Virus record (IMG/VR): IMGVR_UViG_3300002835_000097 | Span: 24,058 to 88,057 of that record | Source: a virus | Taxonomy: Duplodnaviria > Caudoviricetes | Reading direction: 5' to 3' (one strand) | DNA: 64,000 bases | Shown here: piece after piece, positions 46,328-59,200 of the stretch | Position numbering within the stretch: the stretch's first letter is position 1 | Layout: the number at the start of each line of letters is the position of its first letter | The notes under the pieces: model-generated | What the model saw: the letters and a program-made list of their open reading frames with translations, nothing else | Databases searched by the model: none | What the model was told of the DNA's origin: nothing | Made by a program: the position numbers and the translations under genes

Positions 46328-47794
46328 GTGAGTACGCCGACCCCAACTAATACAGTTACTCCCACAGTTAGTCCTACAAGATACCTTCTGCCTATTGGGC
46401 AGATGATATATGATGGCAATATTTATAATAATAATAATATTTCAATATATTATAAGGGATATAATTTTACAGGAAAGTTATTATCAAAAAATACAACGCT
46501 ATATGAGCCACCAAATTCTACGGCCATACCGAGATTAACTCGTAGTCCTACTCCAAGTCAAACCAAAACACCAACACTTACTCCTACCGTAACAAAAACC
46601 CCGACTCCTACAGTCACCAAAACCAAAACACCAACGGTCACAGCGACACCTACAAAAACCACAACAAGAACACCAACAGCAACACGAACATCTACTCCAA
46701 CACCAAGTATTACAAAAACAATAACCCCCACCAATACTGTTACAAAGACCCCTACTCGCACAGCCACCGTTACAAAAACAAGCACCATTACCCCAACACA
46801 AACTAGTAGTCAAACACCAACTAATACTATTACGCCAACTCTAACACCGACCAATACTACTAGTCCAACTTTAACTCCAACTTTAACCATAACGAATACT
46901 ATTACTCCAACTAATAATAATACTAGCAGTAAAGCTGTGGTAATATCACTAGGTGATTCAGCAACAGCCAGTACAAATAATGGAGAATCATGGTCTGATT
47001 ATACTATGGCTGATAATTTAAATTGGACCAGTATGGTATATGGATCTAATCAATATATAGCATGTGCTTATAATAGTAATAAATTAAATAAATCAATTTA
47101 TGGAACATCATGGACAGCATCTTATATATCTGTCGATGGGACAAATTCTACTGGGCAGCTATTAAGTAATTTTAATAATTTATGTACTAAGATACTATTT
47201 GGTAATAATAAATATATAATATTATCATCATCATCTTCTGTTGGAGCAATATCGTCTAATGGAGTAAATTGGTCTGAAATTACTTTGCCAACGGTAGCAG
47301 ATTGGACGAGCGGAGCTTATGGTAATGGGGTATACGTTATATTAGCAGCGCAGTCTGATATTTTTGCTACTAGCTCTGATGGAATTAATTGGACACAGGG
47401 TTCTTTTGTCACTAGTGAAAATTGGCAGAGCGTATCATTTGTAAATAATAAGTTTATTGCAGTAGCTTCGGACTCAACATTTGTAACAACATCTTCTGAT
47501 GGAATTAATTGGAATAGAAGTAGTGTTTTACCGAATTCAAGATTGTGGAAAAAAGCAGTTTATGGAAATAGTAATATTGTCATATTTAGCAATAGCGGGT
47601 ATGTTGCTGTTTCCACAAATAATGGGGTATCTTATACTGAATATTCAGTATATGGAAATAATTGGAATGATTTAATTTATAAAAATGGATTCATACTGAT
47701 CGGTGACGAATCATCGGTTGCTCTTACGTCATCAAATGGGACATCTTGGACTCAAAGAACAATATCACCCGAAATATGGGTGTCAGCAGCTTAA
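46328..47794 (+). CDS. Thr/Pro-rich stalk plus SxxGxxW beta-propeller protein (putative adhesin/fibre)
   Basis: AAGGAG SD 7 nt before GTG 46328; ~130-aa TPT-rich tract; SSDGINW/SSNGxxW repeats; paralogous to the C-terminus of 6848..8911. Confidence 0.7.
   Translation: MSTPTPTNTVTPTVSPTRYLLPIGQMIYDGNIYNNNNISIYYKGYNFTGKLLSKNTTLYEPPNSTAIPRLTRSPTPSQTKTPTLTPTVTKTPTPTVTKTKTPTVTATPTKTTTRTPTATRTSTPTPSITKTITPTNTVTKTPTRTATVTKTSTITPTQTSSQTPTNTITPTLTPTNTTSPTLTPTLTITNTITPTNNNTSSKAVVISLGDSATASTNNGESWSDYTMADNLNWTSMVYGSNQYIACAYNSNKLNKSIYGTSWTASYISVDGTNSTGQLLSNFNNLCTKILFGNNKYIILSSSSSVGAISSNGVNWSEITLPTVADWTSGAYGNGVYVILAAQSDIFATSSDGINWTQGSFVTSENWQSVSFVNNKFIAVASDSTFVTTSSDGINWNRSSVLPNSRLWKKAVYGNSNIVIFSNSGYVAVSTNNGVSYTEYSVYGNNWNDLIYKNGFILIGDESSVALTSSNGTSWTQRTISPEIWVSAA
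46535..46925 (+). repeat. Low-complexity Thr/Pro coding repeat (TPTxT)n
   Basis: ACx/CCx codon-rich tract; generates Val/Gly- and Cys-rich shadow ORFs on the minus strand. Confidence 0.8.
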
Positions 47795-47815
47795 TAAAGG
47801 ATCGAAAGGACAAAT

Positions 47816-49753
47816 ATGGTTTATTCTTTGGATATATTAAATAGTAAAATTAGTGAAGATAATAATCAGGTATTTATACAAGGTCCTAATGATCCTGGGG
47901 CTCAAAGATCTGTTATTGTTTATTTTAATGGTAGCGGAATACACGAGGCTGCTGGCCCGACTCCTATGGTTGAATTTTCTGCTAATGTTGAAAGAAATGA
48001 GATTGGGGAACCATTAGTTATTAACAATAAAATTACAGTTATGGGTAAGGTTGTAAAAAATAGTGGTATTAAAAATGTAATGCATGGTATAAAACAACTT
48101 AAAAATATTTTTAAACCAGATTCTTGTGGATTATTTAGAATAACATGTGATGGTAGCGAAATATATAGTGCTAGTGGAGTAAGATTCGTTAGTTTAGATT
48201 TTAATAGAACTAATGATAATTGGGTTAATACAGCAGATTATACCGCAACACTAGAATATCTTGAGCCAGGATATAGTGGATGGTATGTAAAGTCATATAG
48301 TGATTCGTGGAATATCGAGCCATTAGAAGACTATGTTTATGCTGATGATAAAGTAAATATAACTCATAAAGTAGAATATGACAATCCGAAAATTCTACCA
48401 GGCCTTGGAGGAGGAAATTCTGCACAACCAAAAGGAGCAACTCCAACAGCGACTTATGATATATATTATCGCAATATACCACAATTTAAAATTTCTCGCA
48501 CAATAAGTGCTGTGGGTATTCCGTCAGGAACAGGAGCGTGCAATTCTCCTACATCGATTATACCTTTTGATAAATATCCTGCTTTAGCAGTTTCCGCTTT
48601 TCATGAGGCAAAAAAATGGGTAGAAGCAAGATCAAGTTCAGTATTTTCTAATCCTAGTCCCCTATGGACTCCTATGGGAGCTGGTAAAGGTTATCTATAT
48701 AATCATTTGAGAACAGTAAATTTTGATGTTCATTCTGCAAAATACGAATTAACAGATACTTGGTTGGGTATGCCAACAGGAATATCATTCGTTGAAGATT
48801 ATACTATAGAAACTACAACTGATGATAAATATATTCATACTGTTAGTGTACAAGGAGAAATTAGAGGATTAAATATTGCTAATTCTAATATAACAGGATA
48901 TCCTTATGTTAGCGGTAGTGGCAACCCTATTAAATTAGATTTGAGTATAGCATCAGGACTATTAAAAGGTGTCACACTCGGTCCAAGTATAGAATCTGGT
49001 CCAAATAACACTACTGCTTCAACTTATACAACGATACAAGCGAGTAAATATCAAAATGCATTGAGCGGATGGATTTATGACGTAAAGCCATACTTGTATC
49101 GTAGAGCTTGCATAGGAATGAACTCCATACAGGATAGAACTAAAGGATATGTTGGAACTCCAACCAATCCTCCTCAACCACCAAACAATCCTATTTATTC
49201 TAAACATAATGTATTAAATATTATACCAATAGCAACATCAGAAACGCATAATGTTAAAAGAGGATCAATATCTTATAATTATCAATTTCATAATAAATTC
49301 ACTATTATTAGTGGCGTATTATATGAAAATGTATCAATGGAAGATACTGGTCCAACTGCTATTATTGGAGAAGCCTTCGTATTAGGAAGAGCACTTGGTC
49401 CCGTATTACAGTCCTTAAATACCACAACATCTGCTAAAAAAACAATTACAATAGAACTTGGAGTTGTTCCTCCAACTAGTATGAATGGATTTTTTATTAC
49501 TCATTCGGATTGTCCTTTGTGGACTGGTGGAACAATATATAAAACTGTAACAGGAATGATAGAAGGATTCAAACCATTTGGAGATAGAATAGCTAATCTA
49601 TTTGGATCTGCTAATACTAGACAAAATACTGCTGGTCAAGTTTATCTTACTCAGGATACTCAAAGTTGGGAACCGAATGGTGGAAGATATGTGAGAACAG
49701 TTGGTTGGGTTTATCAGCAATGTACATCAGCCAAATCTTATCTGGATCATTAA
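47816..49753 (+). CDS. Putative distal tail / tail-tip structural protein
   Basis: 645 aa, beta-rich (PTPMVEFS..ITVMG, SYSDSWNIE, RTISAVG); directly precedes the large hub-like gene. Call is positional. Confidence 0.45.
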   Translation: MVYSLDILNSKISEDNNQVFIQGPNDPGAQRSVIVYFNGSGIHEAAGPTPMVEFSANVERNEIGEPLVINNKITVMGKVVKNSGIKNVMHGIKQLKNIFKPDSCGLFRITCDGSEIYSASGVRFVSLDFNRTNDNWVNTADYTATLEYLEPGYSGWYVKSYSDSWNIEPLEDYVYADDKVNITHKVEYDNPKILPGLGGGNSAQPKGATPTATYDIYYRNIPQFKISRTISAVGIPSGTGACNSPTSIIPFDKYPALAVSAFHEAKKWVEARSSSVFSNPSPLWTPMGAGKGYLYNHLRTVNFDVHSAKYELTDTWLGMPTGISFVEDYTIETTTDDKYIHTVSVQGEIRGLNIANSNITGYPYVSGSGNPIKLDLSIASGLLKGVTLGPSIESGPNNTTASTYTTIQASKYQNALSGWIYDVKPYLYRRACIGMNSIQDRTKGYVGTPTNPPQPPNNPIYSKHNVLNIIPIATSETHNVKRGSISYNYQFHNKFTIISGVLYENVSMEDTGPTAIIGEAFVLGRALGPVLQSLNTTTSAKKTITIELGVVPPTSMNGFFITHSDCPLWTGGTIYKTVTGMIEGFKPFGDRIANLFGSANTRQNTAGQVYLTQDTQSWEPNGGRYVRTVGWVYQQCTSAKSYLDH

Positions 49754-49756
49754 TAT

Positions 49757-52700
49757 ATGCCAACAGTACCATGCTCAGGAACAGACAAACCTATTGCTCA
49801 AACACTATTCTTAGGAGCTAGTGTATCAAGTTTTTCTACAAATATGGGTTGGGGAACTCAACCATCTCAATTAACTGTTAATCTTATAGAAGATGAATTG
49901 TCATGGCTTTGTGATCCTGATAATGTTGCTAGACAAAACTCTGATGGATCAAACTATATGCAGTTTCCAGGTTCTGACGATACCAGCGTTGGTCATTTTG
50001 ATGGTTGCGCCGGAATAAGTTGTTTTGTGGACAAATACACAGGATCTAATGCATCAACAACTACTCCGGTAGACAATCGAATATTAAAAGGTAAGGTATA
50101 TTATCAATTAAGTGATACTGGGTTACAGTCAAGATATTGGAAAAGACCCGACCCAGGATTCATAGGACACAAAACCAGGATCAAGCCCGACGGAACAGTA
50201 GACACACCGGGCCCAACAGATGCAGCACACCCCAATTACAGATATGATATTATTGATGTTCCTGTTTATTTTAAAATGGGTAATTTTACATTTGGAGGAT
50301 TTGTTCAGTCATGGTCCAAAGATACTAGTAGTGGAGGAAGACGATTTACCGTTATAGTTAATGGGCCACAGTCAATACTTAATTCTTGCATGATGATTCT
50401 AAATAATTATGGAGGATCAATTTTTGGAAAAAAATCAACGTCATCGACTGCACCATCCTATGGTGCTCCTGGAAATTATTTGTTATCTCAAGGTATAGAT
50501 TTTACTAAAACTCAACTGCACGAAGGTGCTATGCCAAATGTTTTTAATATTTATGGTTTTTTAGAATCTTTAGGATACAATAGTTATGGAGGAGCTTACA
50601 GAAATGAATCTGGAATTAGTGTTAATAGCATATTACAAGCACTAATGGCACTAACTTCAACAACACATAATAGTACTCATAAATTAGACACCGTCGGTAC
50701 TGGCCGCGAAGCCTATGCTATAAAAAGAGCATTTTCTCCTTTTGGTCGTATCATATCAAAAACCATGCAGCAAGAGTCGCCAATTGCTAGTATTTATAAC
50801 ACAACATCTTGTTATACTTTTGGTATAGTTTATGCTCAAGATTTTCTACATATGGTTAATAATAATGATACTAGATGTCAATTTGTATTAGATTTAAATG
50901 ATGTTTATTGGGCTGATTCTAATAGAACAATTAAAAGATTTCCAGACAGCTTCAGAATTAATGAACCATCATTAAGTATAACTGAATTTTTAAATATTAT
51001 AGGAGAACAATCTGGTAATGATTTTAATATAGAAATGGATCCTATAACTTATACTGGTCGGTTATATAATGTTATTAAAGTTAAAACAATATCAAGATTA
51101 AAACAGCCTCATCCAGCAGTTATAGAAAATACTATTAAAAGTTTAGAATGTGATGGATATGCTATATCTTCTCATTCTTTTGGAAAAGAAAAAAACGATA
51201 CTCCTAGTCGATGCTTATTAGTCGGAGGTCAACAACAACGATTATATCAAGTTAAAAGTTATAGATTAGCATACAGTCAAAATAACTTTGTAATGAATCC
51301 TCGCACCAAAGAGTTTGTTAATTATTTTAGCTTGCAAAATCCAATAACCGAAACAAATGTAAACGCCGCACCACTTTCTCCTCTTGATCTTCAATATGGA
51401 CATGGTAAAGTTAGATTTCCAAATTTTACATCAACACGCAACAAGCTATTAAATGATTATATCGGAACTAGTAATCAATTGGCTCAAAGTTTTGTTCAGA
51501 TTATAAATGATCAGAATGAAATGGTAATAACCAATCCTTTTAATACGGAAGATACTAATTGGAAAACAAATGAATTAAATAGTAGTATTGCTGTTAATAA
51601 TGGCAATTATCTTAATTCTTTTAAAATTAGCCATTCTATTACTATACCGCCTAACGGCAGATGGATACCATTATTTTTAGACACAATATGTCCGTTCTTT
51701 GGTTTTGTTAATGATAATAGAATAGGGGTAAAAATAGGAACTGATAAAGATGCTGTTAATGAACTTAGACAAATAAGACCAGTATGGTTTGATAGTTGGA
51801 CAGGACAAACGGCTGTGATAGTAAGAACATCAGAATTACCAAAATTAAATCTTCCACTCACAAGACTTTATTTAGAAGCTAGTCCCACGGCTAATGCTGC
51901 TGGCAATTATACTTTTAATATGCCTTATACATTTACTCCCACGGCCCCTGCTGCTAATAGTGTTGTTGATAATGCTGGGTTCGTGACCGCATACGATCCT
52001 GTTGAATATTTTGTATTAACAGAGAGCGAGATTAGAGCAGCTTTAGCCGGATTTGATAATTTTCTTGTATATTCTTTAGCAAAAACGTACAAACCAGATA
52101 TTATAGAAATGGTTAGACGAGCATATTATATTAGCACAAGAAATCAACTCCAGATTAATAACCCTAGTCTTGCTCCAGCAGAGGCTAAAAAAATAGCATA
52201 CGAAGAAACAGATTGGTATTGGAAACTTTTAGGGTCTAATATTGGAGGAGACGATTTGTATCCAACAATATACCATCCTGACAAAACTGATGGTAGTCAA
52301 TATATTCAAGAAAAAGCACTACAAGATTTAAAACTAATACATCAATTTATTACACAAGTTGCTAAATATTATGGCAAAAAATATATGGTTTATGCTGATT
52401 CTCTTGGCGGCTATAAAGACTATGAATCAGCAGGAGTAGCATTTCCAACAAGAAATGGTTATGGATATGTTTTTGCTGGAGGAGGAAGATTAAAATATAA
52501 CTATGAACCAACTAATGACGGAGCATGGGAAGAGTATGGAAATATTATTGATGATGCTTTTACCGTTGGAGGCTTAGAATGGATGAATCTTTCTGATGAT
52601 CAAGGAAAGATTAAACCCATATTAGGATATAATAATAATTATAATTATGACTATGTTAGACAAGCAAAATGTTTAGCGGCTAATGCAGACACCACCAATG

Positions 52701-55700
52701 AATTAAAAAATGTGGAGGCTAATCCTTATTTTAGTTATAATAACTGGCTAACATTATTTGAATCAAAAACCACAAATTGTACAAATAGTTATGTATTTCC
52801 TTCTATAGATTATTCTTCTTTAAATTCAGAAGATTATGTTGTGATAGATCAAAAATACCAAGCATCTCCGGCTACTGTTTTGGCACGAATGTTTGGAGAT
52901 GGTTCCACCATGTCTACCAGACTTGGTTTGAGTCTTAATGTTTCATCTTATGATGCTTGGAATAAAGTAATCAACGAGACTGGCGTGATTTTACCCAGAT
53001 CAAAATTATTTCTTTCCACCACCGTTGATGAAAATTTTGCATTTTTAAATCCACAAAATATAGTGGGACAAAATTGGGTTCCACGAGATCCTAGAATATT
53101 AATTGATTCTCCTGGTGTTAACATTAATATGACTAGTGAAGAAAATGCCAAAGATCCAAATAGAACAGTTATAGCAAATGTTGCCGCAGAGGATCTGATG
53201 ATCTATATGAAAAGTACCCAAAAGGCAAGTTGGGACTGGGGTTGGATCGGATTTATGTATAACTATATTAGTCCTGCTGTTATATCTGATACTGCAAATC
53301 CTTATTTTTTGGGATTATATACAGTATCTTCTAATCATACTGCTAATAATGTTGAGCTTGCTCCCAAAGCGGCCCATCCGTTTTTTGCTGGCATACCAAT
53401 TAAATCAAATCAATTCACATACGGGCCTTGGACAAATTATCCACTCAATAAGTGTATTCCTGGCACAACCGGACTATTTCCAACAGGCTTTATAATAAAT
53501 CAAACTACTGCTGATGGAACATTAGTTAGTTGTGCCAGAACGAATACAACAGCAATTTCTTTGGATAAAGCTAAACAGGCTTTGAACAATCTGATCACGT
53601 CTGTTGATATCGATTTTAATGAAGAATTTGTTCCGTGGAATTATGGCGGAATGCATTATATGGATATTGCAGCATTTAATGAGATAGAAGGACGAGCCAA
53701 TTATCAATCAGTTTTGGAAACTGCCCAATTAGAAATGCCAGGATTGCCCCTGTGGGATCTTGGTGGAAATTTTAATATCATTAATGCCAATACTGGAGTT
53801 AAATATCTCCCCTCAGAAATTAAAGATTGCGAAGTTACAGGAAAAGATGTTAAAGGATTAGCGACTATTCCATCTATAAATTTAAATTATATACCTGGTG
53901 TTCAGTATATATCATATCCTAACAGTGTGGATGGTTCTTTTGATTATAAATATAAACTTATAGACCTAAGACAAAGGCCTAATTTTGTTGAAGGACCAAT
54001 TGTCACATCCATACAAACTAGCGTTGGACAACAAGGAATATCATGTACTTATACTTTTAGAACATATACTAGAAAATTAGGAGCTTTTAATAAAATAGAA
54101 ACTGATAGAATAAAGAAAATCAATAGAGCTAATTTATATAGAGGAAAACAGATAGCTAAAGTTCGTCAAGATGTTAGCGATATGATGAATAAAGAAAGAG
54201 AGAATTTATTACAAGAAAGATTAAATCAAACTCAATTTGGTAGCGCTGATTTTGCATCTAAATTGTATGGATGGAGTCCAACAACAGTGTTGATAGGTCA
54301 AGCTTCGCCATTAATTCATGAGCCTGCTAGAACACCAGATTATATAGAAGATTTCTCTTATGCTAATAGTCCAACTCTTAATACTCTTGGGACAAGAACA
54401 AATACTCCAAAAGACTGGAAAATCACAAGATCTAGCGGAGATCCTGGGTTGGATAGTAATGCTGGTAATTTTGCATTAAGTGTTGAGAAATCAGTTCCGT
54501 TATTAAAGAATATTGGTAGAATAACAACAACTGTTGGATTATTTGAAAGAAAAGAAGTAGAGAATCAGTTACAAAAAGATTATGGAATGCAATCAGCAAT
54601 GAGTTTGGATGGATTATTATCTCCAATATCTTTTTATCCTACATTTAAAAATTCAACCTTCGCTTATTCTTTACACAACACTGGATCGTGTCCATTCTGC
54701 AAAGGTACTAAGGTTAGAAAATTTAAAATATCTAAATATAATTCGTCTGGTGCGCCAGTTGTGGATAAAAATATAAATGTAGCATGTGATAAATGTACGG
54801 ATGCGTCTAATAGACTTAATGCTAAACTTTCTGCTGGAAGCAACGAAACTATTCCTATCAATCTTATTACTCTTAACCCCATAGTGGTTCCTCATGGAGA
54901 ATTTAAAAATGCCAATGTCCAGAATTATAGTGGTGTTCATCCACAAAAAAAACATGATGATTTAACGTCTTCAGCTCCTGGAGGACGAGTATTCAGAGAT
55001 AGATTACGACATTCTATAGAAATTGTTGGTAGAGGATCCGTTCCTCCAAACAAACAAGGATATGCTTTAGAAATTAGCAAAAATATTAATAAGGCTGGTA
55101 CTTATAATTTAGATTATTATAGTAAAGATAGTGGATTATATACTCAAAGACAAAAAAGAGGAGATGCTTCAAATACAATCTTACACGAAAATAATCAAAG
55201 GTTTTTTGGATTAAGAGGTCCATTAGTATTACATTCCTGGGGATACGATGCTGATGGATATCCTGTTCCTAATGCTGCTGATGAGCCTGTGGCCGTTGAT
55301 GTGTACGGCAGACCCAAAAGATTTCAATTAATTAAAGTCAATGGAACGAGCAAGGCCTATAAAGATCTTTCTAATGGCGAGCAATTTACATATAATAGTG
55401 CTGATTATGTTAAAACTATAAATCAAGAGGAACTAACTTTTTTGCCTTCCTCATTTACAGAAGACACTCAGGTTACCACGTTTGAAATTAAAGACAATTA
55501 TAATGTTGATGGAGGAATGGATCCTGGTGCTGATGGGCCATTTGTTGGATATAAAGGCAGTATCATTAGCAAAACTCAAAAATTTAGTGGTGGTAAATGG
55601 TCGGAAAAAGTTAAATTAGATGAATTTTATCTAAATTGGGCTGAAAGACCAGACTTATGGAAGGTCGGTCCTATTGATTTGTTCTGGGATGAAGAAAGAG

Positions 55701-56263
55701 GAGTATGGTCTGGAGGAGGAGAAGGAGGAGCAGAAGAAATTGATCCTCCTTACATTATTACTAATTCTAATGATATAATTACTTTAAATGAATTTATTGC
55801 AAAAAAAACAGATAAAAAATATATATATAGAATGATCTATGCTGTACTAGAAGAAGATTTGATAAAACAACCAGATTTTAATGAAACATATGTGACAAGA
55901 GGATTTTTTGACGATATAGAATATAGTAGTGAGCCTTTACTGCAAGGATATAGAAGATTAATATATATTAAAGATAAAACGGGATATTGTGCTCCAAAAG
56001 GAACCAAATTACTATGTAGATATAATGCAAAAACGGGTTTTTATGAGCCAGTGAGTAAACCTGTTATTACAACAACAGGGAAAATTATAAGCTTAAATCA
56101 AGTATTATTGAATTTATTATATACTCCCAGTCGTAGAAGTAATGTTATTCCAACATCTACTGTAAACTATGTTAACCCCCTTGGATTTGCTACTCCAACG
56201 AATGAAATAGGAGTTTTTTCTTTTATAGACAGTCAATGGACATTAACTTCTATAAAACAATAA
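49757..56263 (+). CDS. Large tail-tip / baseplate hub-like protein (2168 aa)
   Basis: N-terminal FLGASVSSFSTNMGWG..SQLTVNLIED and FGGFVQSW..FTVIV hub-like strand pattern; internal CPFC..CDKC. Call is largely positional. Confidence 0.5.
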   Translation: MPTVPCSGTDKPIAQTLFLGASVSSFSTNMGWGTQPSQLTVNLIEDELSWLCDPDNVARQNSDGSNYMQFPGSDDTSVGHFDGCAGISCFVDKYTGSNASTTTPVDNRILKGKVYYQLSDTGLQSRYWKRPDPGFIGHKTRIKPDGTVDTPGPTDAAHPNYRYDIIDVPVYFKMGNFTFGGFVQSWSKDTSSGGRRFTVIVNGPQSILNSCMMILNNYGGSIFGKKSTSSTAPSYGAPGNYLLSQGIDFTKTQLHEGAMPNVFNIYGFLESLGYNSYGGAYRNESGISVNSILQALMALTSTTHNSTHKLDTVGTGREAYAIKRAFSPFGRIISKTMQQESPIASIYNTTSCYTFGIVYAQDFLHMVNNNDTRCQFVLDLNDVYWADSNRTIKRFPDSFRINEPSLSITEFLNIIGEQSGNDFNIEMDPITYTGRLYNVIKVKTISRLKQPHPAVIENTIKSLECDGYAISSHSFGKEKNDTPSRCLLVGGQQQRLYQVKSYRLAYSQNNFVMNPRTKEFVNYFSLQNPITETNVNAAPLSPLDLQYGHGKVRFPNFTSTRNKLLNDYIGTSNQLAQSFVQIINDQNEMVITNPFNTEDTNWKTNELNSSIAVNNGNYLNSFKISHSITIPPNGRWIPLFLDTICPFFGFVNDNRIGVKIGTDKDAVNELRQIRPVWFDSWTGQTAVIVRTSELPKLNLPLTRLYLEASPTANAAGNYTFNMPYTFTPTAPAANSVVDNAGFVTAYDPVEYFVLTESEIRAALAGFDNFLVYSLAKTYKPDIIEMVRRAYYISTRNQLQINNPSLAPAEAKKIAYEETDWYWKLLGSNIGGDDLYPTIYHPDKTDGSQYIQEKALQDLKLIHQFITQVAKYYGKKYMVYADSLGGYKDYESAGVAFPTRNGYGYVFAGGGRLKYNYEPTNDGAWEEYGNIIDDAFTVGGLEWMNLSDDQGKIKPILGYNNNYNYDYVRQAKCLAANADTTNELKNVEANPYFSYNNWLTLFESKTTNCTNSYVFPSIDYSSLNSEDYVVIDQKYQASPATVLARMFGDGSTMSTRLGLSLNVSSYDAWNKVINETGVILPRSKLFLSTTVDENFAFLNPQNIVGQNWVPRDPRILIDSPGVNINMTSEENAKDPNRTVIANVAAEDLMIYMKSTQKASWDWGWIGFMYNYISPAVISDTANPYFLGLYTVSSNHTANNVELAPKAAHPFFAGIPIKSNQFTYGPWTNYPLNKCIPGTTGLFPTGFIINQTTADGTLVSCARTNTTAISLDKAKQALNNLITSVDIDFNEEFVPWNYGGMHYMDIAAFNEIEGRANYQSVLETAQLEMPGLPLWDLGGNFNIINANTGVKYLPSEIKDCEVTGKDVKGLATIPSINLNYIPGVQYISYPNSVDGSFDYKYKLIDLRQRPNFVEGPIVTSIQTSVGQQGISCTYTFRTYTRKLGAFNKIETDRIKKINRANLYRGKQIAKVRQDVSDMMNKERENLLQERLNQTQFGSADFASKLYGWSPTTVLIGQASPLIHEPARTPDYIEDFSYANSPTLNTLGTRTNTPKDWKITRSSGDPGLDSNAGNFALSVEKSVPLLKNIGRITTTVGLFERKEVENQLQKDYGMQSAMSLDGLLSPISFYPTFKNSTFAYSLHNTGSCPFCKGTKVRKFKISKYNSSGAPVVDKNINVACDKCTDASNRLNAKLSAGSNETIPINLITLNPIVVPHGEFKNANVQNYSGVHPQKKHDDLTSSAPGGRVFRDRLRHSIEIVGRGSVPPNKQGYALEISKNINKAGTYNLDYYSKDSGLYTQRQKRGDASNTILHENNQRFFGLRGPLVLHSWGYDADGYPVPNAADEPVAVDVYGRPKRFQLIKVNGTSKAYKDLSNGEQFTYNSADYVKTINQEELTFLPSSFTEDTQVTTFEIKDNYNVDGGMDPGADGPFVGYKGSIISKTQKFSGGKWSEKVKLDEFYLNWAERPDLWKVGPIDLFWDEERGVWSGGGEGGAEEIDPPYIITNSNDIITLNEFIAKKTDKKYIYRMIYAVLEEDLIKQPDFNETYVTRGFFDDIEYSSEPLLQGYRRLIYIKDKTGYCAPKGTKLLCRYNAKTGFYEPVSKPVITTTGKIISLNQVLLNLLYTPSRRSNVIPTSTVNYVNPLGFATPTNEIGVFSFIDSQWTLTSIKQ

Positions 56264-56289
56264 TAGATTAGGCTAAAAGGACTAATAAA

Positions 56290-59200
56290 ATGTTTAAACC
56301 TATATTATTAGATAATAGTGATTACTGTAATGTGCTTAAACACTCATTGTCAGATGATCTATTGCCATTCAGTTTGGATTCAAACAATCAATTAAATTAT
56401 GACTCTGGACCTGTTGGTAATTTAACATCAAAATATAATATACTAAGTTCTTTAGCCTCTAATAGCAGCTTACTAGACGTTTGGCAACCTATATTTATCA
56501 ATAATGATACTAATATTAATACAAAATTATTATCGTCATATGGAAGTTATCACAACTCTAATCCTAATTTAAAGAGTTGCAGATTAGGTATAGAGAACTT
56601 TTATAACTTTACTGGTAATTTTAAATCATTTTCTAATACTGCTAATATGAGTATAGATTGGATAATAAATAGTTCTAATATACCATATTATTTATGTCAT
56701 GGAATTTTATGTTGGTATAGATATAATAATTTCTCAGATAATCCAAATATTATGGATGGTAAGTTACAAACTATTGATAAATTTCCTAATGGCTCCAGAC
56801 TAACGCCATCAACAGATACCGATAAGATATATATTAAATTAAATGATAATAAATTATATGATATTAGTAATCCTAGTAAAATTTTTCAAAATAATTCTTG
56901 GACATTTAATGCTGAAGCAAATACTTCGATAGTGGACGTGCCATCAAATGTAACTTTTAAGTTAGCCCATAAAGAAAAAGATACAGATACTACTACCAAA
57001 GATAATAATCTAAATCCTACTTTTTGGATTCCGGATGGAGATTGTTTTTTTTATTATGATAATACAGAGGACGTGACTCTTTCATCAACTAATAATATAC
57101 CCCCTAAATCTTACATATCGTCTGCATTATATAAGAGCTATAATTTAATATATAGAATTATAACACTAGATGAAGAAAGAAATATCAAACCAAAGAATTT
57201 AAGAAAATCTAGATTATATCGTTCACTAGCCCATGCTCTAAGTACTAGTCCATTTATTACTGACTTCACTATCAAGGCCCTAGATACTACTCCTATCAGA
57301 AATCTTATACAACAGTATGTGAATACGGCCGTATTCCCCAACGCGGCCGCATCACAGGCCCTATTAAATACATTACTAATAAATATTAGCACACAATTAC
57401 AAAAAACCATTTCTAGTGTTCCTAATGATTCTTTATATTTAGATACAAAATTTACTAAAAATACAATCCATAATAATATAATTAGAAATAAAAATGATCT
57501 ATTTTATAAATTATTTCAAAAATATGGGACTTATGCTAATATTACTACTGATACTACTTTTACAGTAAAAACCGACAAGTTAAAAGTAGATAACCGTGCA
57601 ATATCCATATTCCAAAATATCGAGTATTATTGTAATAAAGCATTATCTGGTCAAATTGATCCTTTTAATAGCCTAACACTATACAATAATCAGACCATAA
57701 CATTTGATAATACCGTTATTTCTACAGTATTTGATACAAGACAGAACTTGATAAATATTACTAATACTAATGACACATCGTTACTGAAAGAAATACCTTT
57801 ATACAATACTGCAAGGCCATCTTTTAATGCAGATAATTTTTCTTCTGTTTTTAAACCATATATTTCATATACAGGATATGTTCAAAGAGAATATAGAGCA
57901 GATAATATGGAGTATAAACCAGAAGTACAAGGCAATATGGCATTAAATAATGAGGATAATATCTATTATGCCCAAGTTGATTTAAATGCTCAAACAAAAC
58001 TTTCTGCTGATCCATATGCTGCTCATATATCTAATTTGTACAATGATGGGGAGGATGGCTCCCCGCCACCACAAAGCCGAGCATTTGAAGGAATAGTAGG
58101 GATTCGTAATAATTTAAATAATGATAATGGTATAGAGCTTATAGCGATAATATTGAATGCGATTGATCGAGCTGTGGGTAACGATACTGGTACTCCGCGG
58201 AGTGATGTTGTTGGATTGCCCGACTCATATCTAGAACAGTCTATATCTTTTGTTTGGGAACAAGTTGGCGGCAGGACGGGATATTTTGGAACAAAGATTC
58301 AAGGCACAGACTATCGAAGTGCGACAGGATTTGGATATTTAACTCAGTTTTATCCAGAATATACAGGAAAATATACTATCAAATGTACAGCATCTACGCC
58401 ATTTGGTTCATTTACTAAATACAAAACATTTTATGTTGTTGATGGGAAAAATTTAAATAATGCAGCACAATATGGCAAATATTGGGATCCAATATCTAAA
58501 TCTTGGACAGATCCTGTAGCAATCAATCAATGGTCTACTCCTTTGGTCATTGATAAAGATAATATACTATGTAATACTATTAAATTTAATAAAATTGTTA
58601 TTAATAATATTGCTGGAGTTTTTCTGCCAATACAAACAAACTGTGTGGTAAGAAGATCACTGGGAAATTTGGGAAGGGGAACAACAATGGTGTCGGTAAT
58701 AAAAAATATGGGACCAGAGTGTATTTTTGACTTTGAGAATTCATTTGTGCTACGAAATAACCCGGTGCTTAGTATTCAATATAAGCCAAATAATACTACA
58801 GGTAAACTTTACAGTATATATCTTGAAAGAATAAGAACAGATGATCCTAAGTGTTCTCAGTGTTTGAGTATGTATTATCCTAAAATTACTGTACAAAAAA
58901 GCAATAAATATTTAGAAGGCGGAGCTGTAGATAAAAGTCGCGTCATTACATTAAGACAAAACAAATATGCTGGTGGAGATGGCGCCGAAGCTAGTTTTGA
59001 TTTGGAAAAATATGTATATCGACCAGAATGGAATGGTTATAAAAGCATTGATACTACTAACGAGGGAAAACTTAACTTTTATATTTATCCTCAAGTGTCT
59101 ACTAAATTTGCACCACCTATTAAAAATTATGGAGGATATAGTAGATCTTTTTTGGATTCTATAGGAATAGATGTTATTGGTTTAACCAAACCATCGGCCA

